NCBI GenBank assembly: GCA_035701265.1
Contig: DASSNU010000015.1
Location: 8,393 to 72,392 of the forward strand
Length of the DNA stretch: 64,000 bases
Direction: 5' to 3'
Source of the DNA: Gemmatimonadaceae bacterium
GTDB lineage: Bacteria; Gemmatimonadota; Gemmatimonadetes; Gemmatimonadales; Gemmatimonadaceae
Shown here one piece after another: positions 9,342 to 18,573 of the stretch (position 1 is its first letter; every line of letters begins with the position of its first letter). The notes under the pieces were generated by a model. That model had not been told where the DNA came from. It saw nothing but the letters and a program-made list of their open reading frames with translations, and made no database searches. Position numbers and translations under genes: made by a program.

Positions 9342-10345
9342 TGACCCTTCAGTCGAAACGCCGTACGGAAGACGGTGGATACCGATGGGGCAGCGCCGGG
9401 CGCGCCAAGGAATCTATGACGCCGGGCGAGTCCATCCACCACCGCCAAAGTCCCATACGCCAGTGCTTTCCATGCTGCACGCGGCCGGATCGGAATAGAG
9501 AGCAGCGGTTTGGCAATTCCGCGAAGGGCTCCCTGGAGTACCGCGATCCGGGATGAACCGAAGCGCGTCTGCAGGGAAATCAAGTTGCGGAGCCCGTAGT
9601 AACGCCTCAGCGTCGGCAGGGATTCGACCAGTAGGCGGGGGTGCTGGTGAAGACGAACGGACTTCTCAGGTCCCAACACACGATCATCTTCCAGGGACAA
9701 GAGAGTCCACCCTTGCGCCCTCAAGTGCATGCCGAGACCAAGCTCCTCGAACCCCCAAAACATGGTCTGCACCCAATCCGGTAGGTCCAGCAGAGCTGCG
9801 AGACGATAGACGGGGCAGTATCCACCATGGAGCGAGCTGACCTCTACCACGGCCTCTGTTGGTAGCTTCTCTGGGCGCTTCGTCAGCATTCTCCTCGTGT
9901 CAAAGACCGACCCACGATGGCCAACCCCTGCAATCCGCCGCCCGCCCAGTTTTGCCTCGGCGTCCAACAATGCCCGCACAGCGCGCTCGACGCACTGTCT
10001 ATCCCGGAACGGGTCGTCGTCGTCCAATAGAACGACAAGCTGATTCTGAATATCGGATGTCGTCGCGAGGTATTCCGCGGCCAGGGGGATCGCGCCAGCG
10101 GGTCCAAGATTCTTCTGGGTCCTGATCACGTGGATTCTGCTTGCAAGCGGCAGCGCAGTTGGATCGAATGGATCAGTTCCGACATCCACCACGACAAACG
10201 TGTTTGGCGTCAGAGTTTGGTCGACGCAACTCTGTACAACCTCGCACGCGAGATGCGGGCGATTGTGCGTTACCAACACGCCGGTGAGGATGAGCTGTTG
10301 CACGTTCCTCGCTGCGATGGCACCCGTTCCGTTGCTCTGGAGCAC
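9338..10345 (-). CDS. GT2-family glycosyltransferase
   Basis: 335-aa ORF with LTGVLVTHNRPHLACEVVQSCVDQT, VVVDVGTD and VLLDDDDPF (a DxD region). It starts at a GTG. A 4-nt overlap couples it to the sulfotransferase gene. Confidence 0.7.
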   Translation of the reverse strand: MLQSNGTGAIAARNVQQLILTGVLVTHNRPHLACEVVQSCVDQTLTPNTFVVVDVGTDPFDPTALPLASRIHVIRTQKNLGPAGAIPLAAEYLATTSDIQNQLVVLLDDDDPFRDRQCVERAVRALLDAEAKLGGRRIAGVGHRGSVFDTRRMLTKRPEKLPTEAVVEVSSLHGGYCPVYRLAALLDLPDWVQTMFWGFEELGLGMHLRAQGWTLLSLEDDRVLGPEKSVRLHQHPRLLVESLPTLRRYYGLRNLISLQTRFGSSRIAVLQGALRGIAKPLLSIPIRPRAAWKALAYGTLAVVDGLARRHRFLGAPGAAPSVSTVFRTAFRLKGH

Positions 10346-10628
10346 CCGTTATTGCTGATTACGCAACCGCTGCACGCAGCACCGCCTGTGGCGTCATGTC
10401 CTCGGGCATCCGTAGATTGCCCAGCCATACGGGTGCCTGCGTAAGTACCATCGCACATTGGGACGGTGCAAACGTTTTCGGAAGCCGCACCGAACATGAG
10501 CCGCAGCACCGGCTGGTGGGATATTCCGCAACTGGTGCAAAGTTGACGTTCCGGAGGGCGGAGGCCCACCGACACTTCGACCAGCAGCCTTTTTCTGCGC
10601 CATCTTAGAGACGACTCAAGGAGTGAGC

Positions 10629-11333
10629 ATGCGTTTCGTCGTTACCGGCACCGGGCGATCTGGTACGGGATACGCCGCGAAGCTTTTCAACGCAGCCGGA
10701 CTCAGGTGCGGCCACGAAGATGTCTTTACAGACAAACCTGGCCTATGGGATTCGGCGGCCCCGCGCCAAGGGCTCGTCGCACGGGCAAAGGAGCCACTTG
10801 GGCGTGCCAAGGAGGAGCTGCGCCGACGGCGCACGCACTTCGAAGGAGATGCGTCTTGGATGGCCGTGCCGCGTCTGGCAAGATTCAAGGGCGTGTCCTT
10901 CCTGCAGCTCCGCCATCCTATCCCCGTCATTAGGAGCTTTATGGGGACGAAGTTCTTCTCGAATCCACTTGAACATCGCGCGCAACGCCGATTTGCGAGT
11001 GCACATTTTGAAATTACCGGCGACGATATTCGCGACGCCATGCGGTGGTGGACCTTCTGGAACGGCCTCGCAGCTGCTCATGCCACCATGGTTTATCGCC
11101 TCGAAGATATGGGCGAGCCGCTGTTCACTGAAATCTTGCGTAAGCTGGGCGTCGAGACGCCGGCCGACCGCGCGCGCGTTGCGCTAAGTACGGTCGCCGG
11201 CGGCGTGAACTCCTCACGAGAGCGAGGGATTACTCCAGGTGCGATCACGTTCGAAGATCTACCAGATGGTGAAGACAAGGCTGAGCTATTCCGAGCGGCC
11301 GTCGCGTGGGGATACGACCCGGAGGACAGCTAG
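10629..11333 (+). CDS. P-loop protein, possibly a second sulfotransferase-like enzyme
   Basis: MRFVVTGTGRSGTGYAAKLF resembles the sulfotransferase PSB loop. ATG 10629 is preceded by AAGGAG with a 5-nt spacer; the track start at GTG 10623 is less likely. It is the only plus-strand gene in the left arm. Confidence 0.45.
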   Translation: MRFVVTGTGRSGTGYAAKLFNAAGLRCGHEDVFTDKPGLWDSAAPRQGLVARAKEPLGRAKEELRRRRTHFEGDASWMAVPRLARFKGVSFLQLRHPIPVIRSFMGTKFFSNPLEHRAQRRFASAHFEITGDDIRDAMRWWTFWNGLAAAHATMVYRLEDMGEPLFTEILRKLGVETPADRARVALSTVAGGVNSSRERGITPGAITFEDLPDGEDKAELFRAAVAWGYDPEDS

Positions 11334-11475
11334 GTTCTGCGCGTGGTGGCCGGAACTTCAACAGATGTCGCGGCGGTAGCCTGTAGTTGGTGGCCAACGC
11401 GGTGGGCCGCTTGAGCACGCGGTTCTGAGGCGGCCAAGTCCCGAGCGCTTCCAGACCACCGGCGTTGCGGCACGT

Positions 11476-13332
11476 CTACGCCGCCCCTCCTGCCATTGCA
11501 CGGAATACCGAGCTCGAGCCTATCAATTCGTCGTACGTTCCCGACTGCACGATGCGTCCCTTGTCCAGCATATAGATCGCGTCGCAGTCCCGGACGGAAC
11601 TGAGCCGGTGCGCGATCATGACGAGCGTCTTGGCACGTGCGATGTTGTGAATCGCCTCCATGACAGCAGCCTCGGTGATCCCGTCCAGCGCACTCGTTGC
11701 CTCATCGAAGATGATGAGCTCCGGATCGTTGTAGAGTGCACGGGCGATTCCGATGCGCTGCCGCTGTCCACCACTCAAGCGGACGCCCCGCTCCCCCACC
11801 ACCGTATGATACCCGTCGGCAAGCGAGCCGACCGCCTCATGCAGGTTGGCGATCTTCGCGGCACGCTCCACAGCGGCCATGTCGATTTCATCGTCCGGCA
11901 TTCCGAACGCGATGTTTCTCGCGAGCGTGTCGTCACACAAAAAAATGTGTTGCGGGACGTAGCCGACGAGCCGTTTCCATCCCGGAAGCATCGCGGCGTT
12001 CACGGGCGCCCCATCCACCAGGACCTGCCCCTCCTGTGGCACAAGCAACCCGAGGAGGACATCCACGAGCGTGGTTTTGCCAGACCCGGTCGCGCCGACG
12101 AGCGCAATCTGGCCGTTCTTCGGCACCACAAGGTCAATACCTTCGAGTGCGGGCGTGCTGCATTCGGGATACCGAAAGGTCACCTTGCGCAGCTCGATCG
12201 CTCGCGTGAACGCGAGCGCTGACGCTCCCTTCTGCGGTAATGCGATTCTCTCCGGCACAGAGGCGACCGGTGGGTGCCGGTTCGGCTCCAGCAGGTCAGC
12301 GTGCAACACATGCAACGCCGCTCGATTGAAGCGCAACGACGTCACGCCGAGGAACACCTGCTGCAGCGCAGGCATCATCCTGTATCCAGCGAACGCGAAG
12401 AGGCTCACGATCGGCAGTATGTGCGTCACGTTCCGCCCAGCCATCAGGGACAGCAGGATAATGACCAGCGCGCCCCCGAACGCCACGGGCTCCATAACGT
12501 AGCGAGGAACCGCCGACACAATCTGATTGTTCGCCATGTGCCGGGAGAACAGCGCTGATGGTCCGGTGAACCGCCGGAGGAAATGATCCTCGCGCCCCGT
12601 CACTTTGAGTTCTTTGATGCCACCGAATGCTTCCGCGGCCGTCTTGAACCGGAGTGTGTTTGCGTGCAGGCGCTCGCGGCCAATGCGCCCCTGACGCCGA
12701 CGTACCCCGAGATAGATCACACCGTACGCGCCGCCGAACCCGAGACCGATGGTAACCGCCAATCGCACATCCACGACAACAAGCAATGCGATAAGAGCGG
12801 TCACCATTACTGCTCTTGCCAACGCATTCAACACCGGGATCAGAATGCCGGTGATAACGGAGTTTACCTCACCCAGAATGTTCTTCGAGAGATCCGACGT
12901 GTTGCAGTTGAGGAAGTAGACGTATGGCTGCGACAAGTACTTGCGGAGTAGGCGTACGGAGAGCGAATGGTTCTTGTTCCAGACCAAGCGAAGCGTCAGC
13001 CACGTCGTGAGCGCTGACAGTACGTTGTTCACCAGAATGAGGATGAGGACGCCGAAGCCAACCGCGATCACGAAATGCTGCATGTTCGTGAAATGGAACA
13101 TGGCATAGACGCGACTGAGCACGCGATGACGTGTCACGACGGTCGGGTCCGCGACCAGCGCCATGAACGGCATGATCGACGCCACCCCGGCCATCTGAGC
13201 GAGCGCGGTGACGACGATGACGCACAAGAGCGCCAATAACCCAAGGCGCTCTCGACCCTCGAAAAGGTCCAGGATCTTGCGGAGGTCGGCTAGCATGCCG
13301 GCCCCGGATTTGGTCGTCGCATGCCGGACCAT
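11476..13332 (-). CDS. ABC exporter, fused permease + ATPase (MsbA/type I exporter-like)
   Basis: The N-terminal half has six hydrophobic segments. The C-terminal NBD carries Walker A (GATGSGKTT), the signature motif (LSGGQRQRIGIARAL) and Walker B (LIIFDEATSALD). An alternative start is ATG 13296 (MLADLRKIL). Confidence 0.9.
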   Translation of the reverse strand: MVRHATTKSGAGMLADLRKILDLFEGRERLGLLALLCVIVVTALAQMAGVASIMPFMALVADPTVVTRHRVLSRVYAMFHFTNMQHFVIAVGFGVLILILVNNVLSALTTWLTLRLVWNKNHSLSVRLLRKYLSQPYVYFLNCNTSDLSKNILGEVNSVITGILIPVLNALARAVMVTALIALLVVVDVRLAVTIGLGFGGAYGVIYLGVRRRQGRIGRERLHANTLRFKTAAEAFGGIKELKVTGREDHFLRRFTGPSALFSRHMANNQIVSAVPRYVMEPVAFGGALVIILLSLMAGRNVTHILPIVSLFAFAGYRMMPALQQVFLGVTSLRFNRAALHVLHADLLEPNRHPPVASVPERIALPQKGASALAFTRAIELRKVTFRYPECSTPALEGIDLVVPKNGQIALVGATGSGKTTLVDVLLGLLVPQEGQVLVDGAPVNAAMLPGWKRLVGYVPQHIFLCDDTLARNIAFGMPDDEIDMAAVERAAKIANLHEAVGSLADGYHTVVGERGVRLSGGQRQRIGIARALYNDPELIIFDEATSALDGITEAAVMEAIHNIARAKTLVMIAHRLSSVRDCDAIYMLDKGRIVQSGTYDELIGSSSVFRAMAGGAA

Positions 13333-13653
13333 CCCAGCGGCCGCGGAACAGCGACTGCGATCGCGGAACGGTACGTGTGAGCTCGCATGGGTGGCGGCGG
13401 TGCTGGATGCTCCGTACGCGCGGACGTGGAATGGGCTCTGAGAGGGGACGGCTCGCCGCAGAGAGGCCCCGCATCAAGCGGATGTCCACGATGGACGGGG
13501 AGACGCACTGTGGAGCAGACTGGCCCACGCATTTTGCTCTTGAATCCGAGATGTGACCGAGTGGCAGCGCGACACAGATGTGGCGGCGGGAGTGTCGGCG
13601 CACCGCGCCGCATGCTCAGCAACGATCTGGCCGCACGTGCGAACCTGTTCCCG

Positions 13654-14751
13654 TCATGCCATCGTCCGAGCTTCGAGCGTGATTTCCCCTAGCTTTGTAA
13701 TATACCACCCGATCGACTCGCGCATGCCGTCGGCAAAGCGGTGGGTGGGCTCGTAGCCGAGCTTCGCCCGGATCCGCCCGATGTCCGCCTGCGAGTGCCG
13801 CACGTCCCCAGGACGCTCGGCTTCATAGAGCGGCGTGGGGTGCGCGATGCACACGCCCTCGTCGCGCAGCGCCTGCACCAGCACGGAGAAAAGCGTGTTG
13901 AGCGTGGTGCGCTCGCCGCACGCCACGTTGTACACGGTGTCCGTGGCGTCGCTGGTCGCGGTGCCGGCCAGGATGTTGGACTGGATGACGTTGTCGATGT
14001 AGCAGAAGTCGCGGCTGGTCTCGCCGTCGCCGAAGATCGTGCAGGAGCGGCCGGTGAGGAGCCGCCCGATCCACGCGGGGATCACCGCGGCGTAGGCGCC
14101 CTCCGGGTCCTGCCGCCGGCCGAAGACGTTGAAGTAGCGGAGCCCGATGCACTCCAGGCCATAGGTCCGCTGGAAGACGCCGGCGTAGAGCTCGTTCACC
14201 ACCTTGGTGACCGCGTACGGCGAGAGCGGGCGGCCGATCTCGTCCTCCACCTTGGGGAGCCCGGGATGGTCGCCGTACGCGGCGCTCGATGCGGCGTACA
14301 CGAAGCGGCGCACGTGCATGTCGCGCGCGGCGACGAGCATGTTGAGGAAGCCGCCCACGTTCGACCGGTCGGTCGCGATGGGATCCTCGATGGAGCGCGG
14401 CACCGAGCCGAGCGCGGCCTGGTGCAGCACCACATCCACGCCCTCGCAGGCGCGACGGCAGGTGCTCAGGCTCCGGATGTCCCCTTCCATGAACTGGAAG
14501 CGCTCCGCCGCTTCGGGGCAGAGTCCGGAGAGGACGTCATCCAGGTTGTGCTGGTAGCCGGTGGAGAAGTTGTCCAGCCCCACCACCGTCTGGCCGAGCT
14601 GCAGGAGCTGCTCCACCAGGTTGGAGCCGATGAAGCCGGCCGCGCCGGTCACCAGCCAGCGGCGCGGCGACTCGCGCAGCTCTTCCAGAACGTGTTCGTA
14701 TCGCGTCACGCGCTCAGCTCCGTCGTCTCCCGAGTCGTCTCCGGGCTCCAT
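13654..14751 (-). CDS. NAD-dependent nucleotide-sugar epimerase (WbpP/TviC-like UDP-GlcNAc/UDP-hexose 4-epimerase family)
   Basis: [19 protein letters not shown] (GxxGxxG), then SSAAYG and the YAVTK (YxxxK) catalytic motif. The start is placed at MEPGDD (ATG 14751). The upstream part of the track ORF has poor coding character. Confidence 0.88.
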   Translation of the reverse strand: MEPGDDSGDDGAERVTRYEHVLEELRESPRRWLVTGAAGFIGSNLVEQLLQLGQTVVGLDNFSTGYQHNLDDVLSGLCPEAAERFQFMEGDIRSLSTCRRACEGVDVVLHQAALGSVPRSIEDPIATDRSNVGGFLNMLVAARDMHVRRFVYAASSAAYGDHPGLPKVEDEIGRPLSPYAVTKVVNELYAGVFQRTYGLECIGLRYFNVFGRRQDPEGAYAAVIPAWIGRLLTGRSCTIFGDGETSRDFCYIDNVIQSNILAGTATSDATDTVYNVACGERTTLNTLFSVLVQALRDEGVCIAHPTPLYEAERPGDVRHSQADIGRIRAKLGYEPTHRFADGMRESIGWYITKLGEITLEARTMA

Positions 14752-14878
14752 GCGGGCACGGGAAGGCAATCCACGTGCTTGTTGGAAGACGAGCGGGAAG
14801 GCATCCGCGCAATCTGAGCGGGTGCGGGGGTGGATGGAAGCGGGGGGCGTGCTCGGCAGACAAGCCTCTCTCCCCACG

Positions 14879-15712
14879 CTACCCCTTTGCAAGCTCGCTG
14901 AGCAATTCGTCCGCCAGAACGACGAACGATGCGGCCAGCGTGTCGCCATTCTCGAGCGGAGCCGCGGCACGCACGGCCATCCGAACGCCCTGCGCAGAGC
15001 GTGACCCGAACAACTGTGGAATCTGACGCAGGGCGCTCGCCGTCACCCCAAGCGAGACGTCGTCCAGCTCAAGGAGATGAAATCGTCGGACGAGCTCCGC
15101 AGTCGGAATGGCGCGCAGGAGCCGGTAGACGTCCAGGGAATCCTTGTCCCGCAGCCGCTCACCCGTGTCGGTCCGGTCCAGTATCTTGTGGATCTTCGCA
15201 ACAATGAGCGCAGCAGGTCCGGCCACAGCGACGTCGAACCGGCGCTGGTCGCCGGATTCCAGTCCCGCGATCGCTTTGAAATCCTTGTCGACCACTGCGG
15301 CTTCCAACCCCTCGGCCTTGCGGGCAGCACGCCGTGCATGGGGTGGAATTCTCGCGCTGCGCCGTCCACCTCCACCCAGCGATTCCGGCACAAGGAGATC
15401 TACCGCGACCACGCGCGGTGCCCCGTCCACAACGATCGAACGCTCCCACTGTCCTACAGCAGCTCCCGGGCGAAAGCCTCGCTGCCCGAGCGCTTGCTCC
15501 AGAAGAGGCTCTCCACCCAGGTGCCGCGGGTCGATCGCAAGGTCACCGTCAGTCGTGAACGGCGCCACATTGAGGTCGGATTCCCCCGTGTGGAGATACA
15601 CTGCCTGCGCACCCACGAGCACGATGGAGCCCAGGTGGGCGCTCAGGCACTCCAGCGCATCGAGCAGGACGCGCCGCGCTGCGACGTACAGCGGATCAGG
15701 AGCGCCAGGCAC
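14879..15712 (-). CDS. AbiEii-like nucleotidyltransferase-fold protein (putative type IV TA toxin)
   Basis: [10 protein letters not shown]...TTDGDLAI is consistent with the pol-beta NTase G[GS]...DxD signature. AKIHKILDR...[12 protein letters not shown] resembles the AbiEii K..A...R / RD.yD motif pair. It overlaps the upstream partner gene by 17 nt. Confidence 0.6.
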   Translation of the reverse strand: MPGAPDPLYVAARRVLLDALECLSAHLGSIVLVGAQAVYLHTGESDLNVAPFTTDGDLAIDPRHLGGEPLLEQALGQRGFRPGAAVGQWERSIVVDGAPRVVAVDLLVPESLGGGGRRSARIPPHARRAARKAEGLEAAVVDKDFKAIAGLESGDQRRFDVAVAGPAALIVAKIHKILDRTDTGERLRDKDSLDVYRLLRAIPTAELVRRFHLLELDDVSLGVTASALRQIPQLFGSRSAQGVRMAVRAAAPLENGDTLAASFVVLADELLSELAKG

Positions 15713-16808
15713 TTTCGTTCGATTGCATCCAGGTGAGGAGCGCCTCGCCCTCGGACGGCTCGCGTCCCGTTCCTGTCAACAGGTCTGCGGCACACTGCGA
15801 TACGGCCACGCACGTCAGCTCTGCTTCGCTCCTCGTGCGCTCCCAGATGACGCCGTCGAACGGCTCGAGGAGAAGCACGTTCGCTCCCACGTCCACACGC
15901 GTGAGACCCAGATCGGCGGCCGCCTGCTCGGGCTCCTCCACGTAACACGACAGCAGGCGCGCCGTTGCGGTGGCCGCTGCGCGTGGTACGGCGCGAGACC
16001 CCGTCAGCGCCCACAACGGCTTGTACACTCGCAGGCGCTCCACGAGTCGTTCGACGCCTCGCGGCTCGAGAACTGCCAGCGCGCGGTTGCTCCGCGTCAC
16101 GGCGTAGTCCTGCGTCCAGCGTCGGATCAGCGCCCGCCAGTCCACCGAGCCGACCCCACCGCTCTCATTGCGCGTGATGACCGCTTCTCCTTCCAGCAGC
16201 GCCAGCACTCGGGTGACGTAACCGGGGTTCACCATCGCTCGGCGCGCCAGCTCGCGCACGCCCACCGGCGGGATCCAGTCGCAGAGGGCGCGTACCACGC
16301 GCGCGGCGGATCCGCCCTTGAGCGAGCGCACCTGCCTTTCCTGCGGGGCCGGATCACGCTCAGCACCCTGTGACGTGATGAAAATCGCAGGGCGGTCGAC
16401 CACGATGCTCGCATTCCCCGTCATGTCGAGGTAGGACACCCCTTCCGCCGCCAGAAGTTCTCGAGCACGAGGGCTGAGGTACCCCGCTACGAGCAGCACT
16501 GCCGAAGCGCCGCGACTGCGCGCACCCTCGTGCAGACGCGACGCGAGAGCCGCCGCTTCGACGGCGCGCACGCGTGGCTTGGCCTCGAGGATGATCCTCC
16601 CCACGGAGCCATCCGGGGCGGACACGCGAAGCATCGCGTCCGGCCGGTCGCGCGAGCGTCGGGATCGTGGCTCGCGGTCCGCCACGATGGTCCATCCCGT
16701 AGGAAGCTGCGTGCGCAGAAGCTCGATGGCACGCTGTACGAGTGTGTTGCCGCTATACATAGTGTTGCGCATGGTGTGCAACATAGCATGTTTGCGCAAC
16801 ACAAGCAA
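15696..16808 (-). CDS. AbiEi-like regulator/antitoxin with an N-terminal PD-(D/E)xK-like module and a central wHTH
   Basis: RPDAMLRVSAPDGSVGRIILEAK gives PD-x17-EAK. A wHTH-like segment reads VRELARRAMVNPGYVTRVLALLEGEAVITR. A C-terminal domain follows. The start is uncertain: TTG 16808, or ATG at 16784, 16772 or 16760. Confidence 0.55.
   Translation of the reverse strand: MLVLRKHAMLHTMRNTMYSGNTLVQRAIELLRTQLPTGWTIVADREPRSRRSRDRPDAMLRVSAPDGSVGRIILEAKPRVRAVEAAALASRLHEGARSRGASAVLLVAGYLSPRARELLAAEGVSYLDMTGNASIVVDRPAIFITSQGAERDPAPQERQVRSLKGGSAARVVRALCDWIPPVGVRELARRAMVNPGYVTRVLALLEGEAVITRNESGGVGSVDWRALIRRWTQDYAVTRSNRALAVLEPRGVERLVERLRVYKPLWALTGSRAVPRAAATATARLLSCYVEEPEQAAADLGLTRVDVGANVLLLEPFDGVIWERTRSEAELTCVAVSQCAADLLTGTGREPSEGEALLTWMQSNESAWRS
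16762..16802. promoter_or_regulatory. 9-bp perfect inverted repeat GTGTTGCGC-N23-GCGCAACAC at the 5' end of the AbiEi-like gene (candidate autoregulatory operator)
   Basis: gtgttgcgc at 16762-16770 and gcgcaacac at 16794-16802. A related half-site, gtgtgttgcc, lies at 16743-16752. The region is unusually AT-rich for this genome. Confidence 0.45.
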
Positions 16809-16911
16809 CCGCGTCCCAGCCGTTCTCCCTCGCGAGACTTACTCCGCCGAGCGCGCTATGCGGACGGCGTATTGGACGTGTCGACCGGGAACCGCCCCCA
16901 CCCCCGCCCCC

Positions 16912-17976
16912 CTACCCCTCCACCAGCGCGCGCGCGATCCGCTCCCCCGCGCGACCGTCCCACCCGTCCGGCCGCCGCGCGGTGCGGTCTCCGTGCTCCA
17001 ACGCCGCGATGGCCGGCGCGATCTTCGCCGGATCGGGGACGAGCTGGTTGGTCCCCTCGGTGATGGTGATGGGACGCTCGGTGTTCTCGCGCACCGTGAT
17101 GCACGGGATGCCGAGCGCGGTGGTCTCCTCCTGCAAACCCCCGGAATCCGTCACCACCACCGCGGCGCCCTCCACCAGGTCCACCATCTCGGGGTAGCTC
17201 ACCGGATCGAGGAGCCGCACGGCGCCGAGGGAGATCCCGCTGTCGCGGAGCCGCTGCTGCGTGCGCGGATGCGCGGGGAACACCACCGGCCGTCGCTCGG
17301 CCACCTGGCGCAGCGCGGCGGCGATCGCGGCGAGCCGCGACGGCTCGTCCACGTTCGACGGGCGGTGCAGCGTGACGACCACCGCATTGGAGTCGAGCGC
17401 GAGCGATGCGCGAAAGCCGGTGGCGCGCGCGGTGGGGAGCACGTGGAAGAGCGAGTCGATCATCACGTTCCCCACAAAGACGATCTCCTGTTCCGATTCT
17501 CCTTCGCGGCGGAGCGTCTCGCTCGCATCGCGCGAAGGCGTGAGCAGGAGACTGGCCAGCCGGTCGGTGACGATCCGGTTGATCTCCTCGGGCATGCTCC
17601 AGTCGTTGCTGCGGAGCCCCGCCTCCACGTGCGCCACGCGGAGCCCGAGCTTCACCGCCACGATCGCCGCCGCCATGGTGGAGTTCACGTCCCCGTAGAC
17701 CACCACCCAATCGGGACGCCGCTCGGCGAGCACCGGCTCGATGCGCTCCATGATGCGCGCGGTCTGCACCGCGTGCGACGCCGAGCCCACCTCCAGGTTG
17801 TGATCGGGCGCGGGGATGCCGAGATCGCGCAGGAATCCGCCCGACATCTCGTCGTCGTAGTGCTGCCCGGTGTGCACGATGATCTGCCGCGCGCCGAGCT
17901 CGCGCGCCGCGCGGTGCACGGGGGCGAGCTTGGGAAAGTTGGGGCGCGCGCCGACGACGTGAAGGAGTGTGGGCAT
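16912..17976 (-). CDS. wecB: UDP-N-acetylglucosamine 2-epimerase (non-hydrolysing)
   Basis: 354 aa. VVGARPNFPKLAPV, HTGQHYDDEMS, VVVYGDVNSTMAAAIVA, VAHVEAGLRS and PEEINR are hallmark WecB/MnaA motifs. Confidence 0.92.
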   Translation of the reverse strand: MPTLLHVVGARPNFPKLAPVHRAARELGARQIIVHTGQHYDDEMSGGFLRDLGIPAPDHNLEVGSASHAVQTARIMERIEPVLAERRPDWVVVYGDVNSTMAAAIVAVKLGLRVAHVEAGLRSNDWSMPEEINRIVTDRLASLLLTPSRDASETLRREGESEQEIVFVGNVMIDSLFHVLPTARATGFRASLALDSNAVVVTLHRPSNVDEPSRLAAIAAALRQVAERRPVVFPAHPRTQQRLRDSGISLGAVRLLDPVSYPEMVDLVEGAAVVVTDSGGLQEETTALGIPCITVRENTERPITITEGTNQLVPDPAKIAPAIAALEHGDRTARRPDGWDGRAGERIARALVEG

Positions 17977-18194
17977 CGTGTGAGAGATAAGCTAACGGAG
18001 GGGAGATCTCGCTTCATCGAGACGCGGCGGGACGACGGGAGGCAACGGGGACGTGCGCGCTCCCCTCCCCCGCCAACGCGACATCGGTGCGAGGGAAGGA
18101 TGCCGGCCTCCCCGATCCGATGCCATTCCCCGCCGTTGTAGCCGCCAGCCTGAGGTACGGTCACCGGCACCCGCGCCGTGGCCCACCCTCCCAC

Positions 18195-18223
18195 ATTGAC
18201 GACTATGGTACAGCGTACTATAT
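18195..18223 (+). promoter_or_regulatory. Near-consensus sigma70-type promoter: TTGACG - 17 nt - TATATT
   Basis: TTGACG at 18195-18200, a 17-nt spacer, and TATATT at 18218-18223. It sits in an AT-rich patch just upstream of the conserved part of the toxin gene. The spacer contains ATGGTAC-agc-GTACTAT, an imperfect inverted repeat. Confidence 0.5.
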
Positions 18224-18231
18224 TCTACGGC

Positions 18232-18573
18232 GTGCCCGACTGGCACGGGATCGAGTTCATCCATCTGCCCAGCTATCGCCGGTCTGCCGAAGTGCTGATC
18301 GATGATGAGGAGCAGCGGACGCTCGAGGAGCGGCTGGTGCACGATCCGGAGACCGGGCCGGTAATGCCCGGCACGGGCGGCGTGCGCAAGCTTCGCGTCG
18401 CGATGCCCGGGCGCGGGAGACGCGGCGGCGCGAGAGTGATCTACTACTATCGCAGAAGCGCGCAGCGGATCTACCTGATCGTCGCGTACGCCAAGGGTCG
18501 GAAAGACGATCTGACCCCTGCGGAATGCGCGACGATGCGGAGGCTCACTACGCTACTCGAAGGGGAGACATGA
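18232..18573 (+). CDS. RelE/HigB-superfamily toxin (the GGxRKxR...RGGxRvIYYY type)
   Basis: GTGGVRKLRVAMPGRGRRGGARVIYYYRRSAQRIYLIVAYAKGRKDDLTPAE matches the conserved core of this toxin family. The track start (18178) lies upstream of the predicted promoter. GTG 18232 gives the family-typical length of about 113 aa. Confidence 0.75.
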   Translation: MPDWHGIEFIHLPSYRRSAEVLIDDEEQRTLEERLVHDPETGPVMPGTGGVRKLRVAMPGRGRRGGARVIYYYRRSAQRIYLIVAYAKGRKDDLTPAECATMRRLTTLLEGET

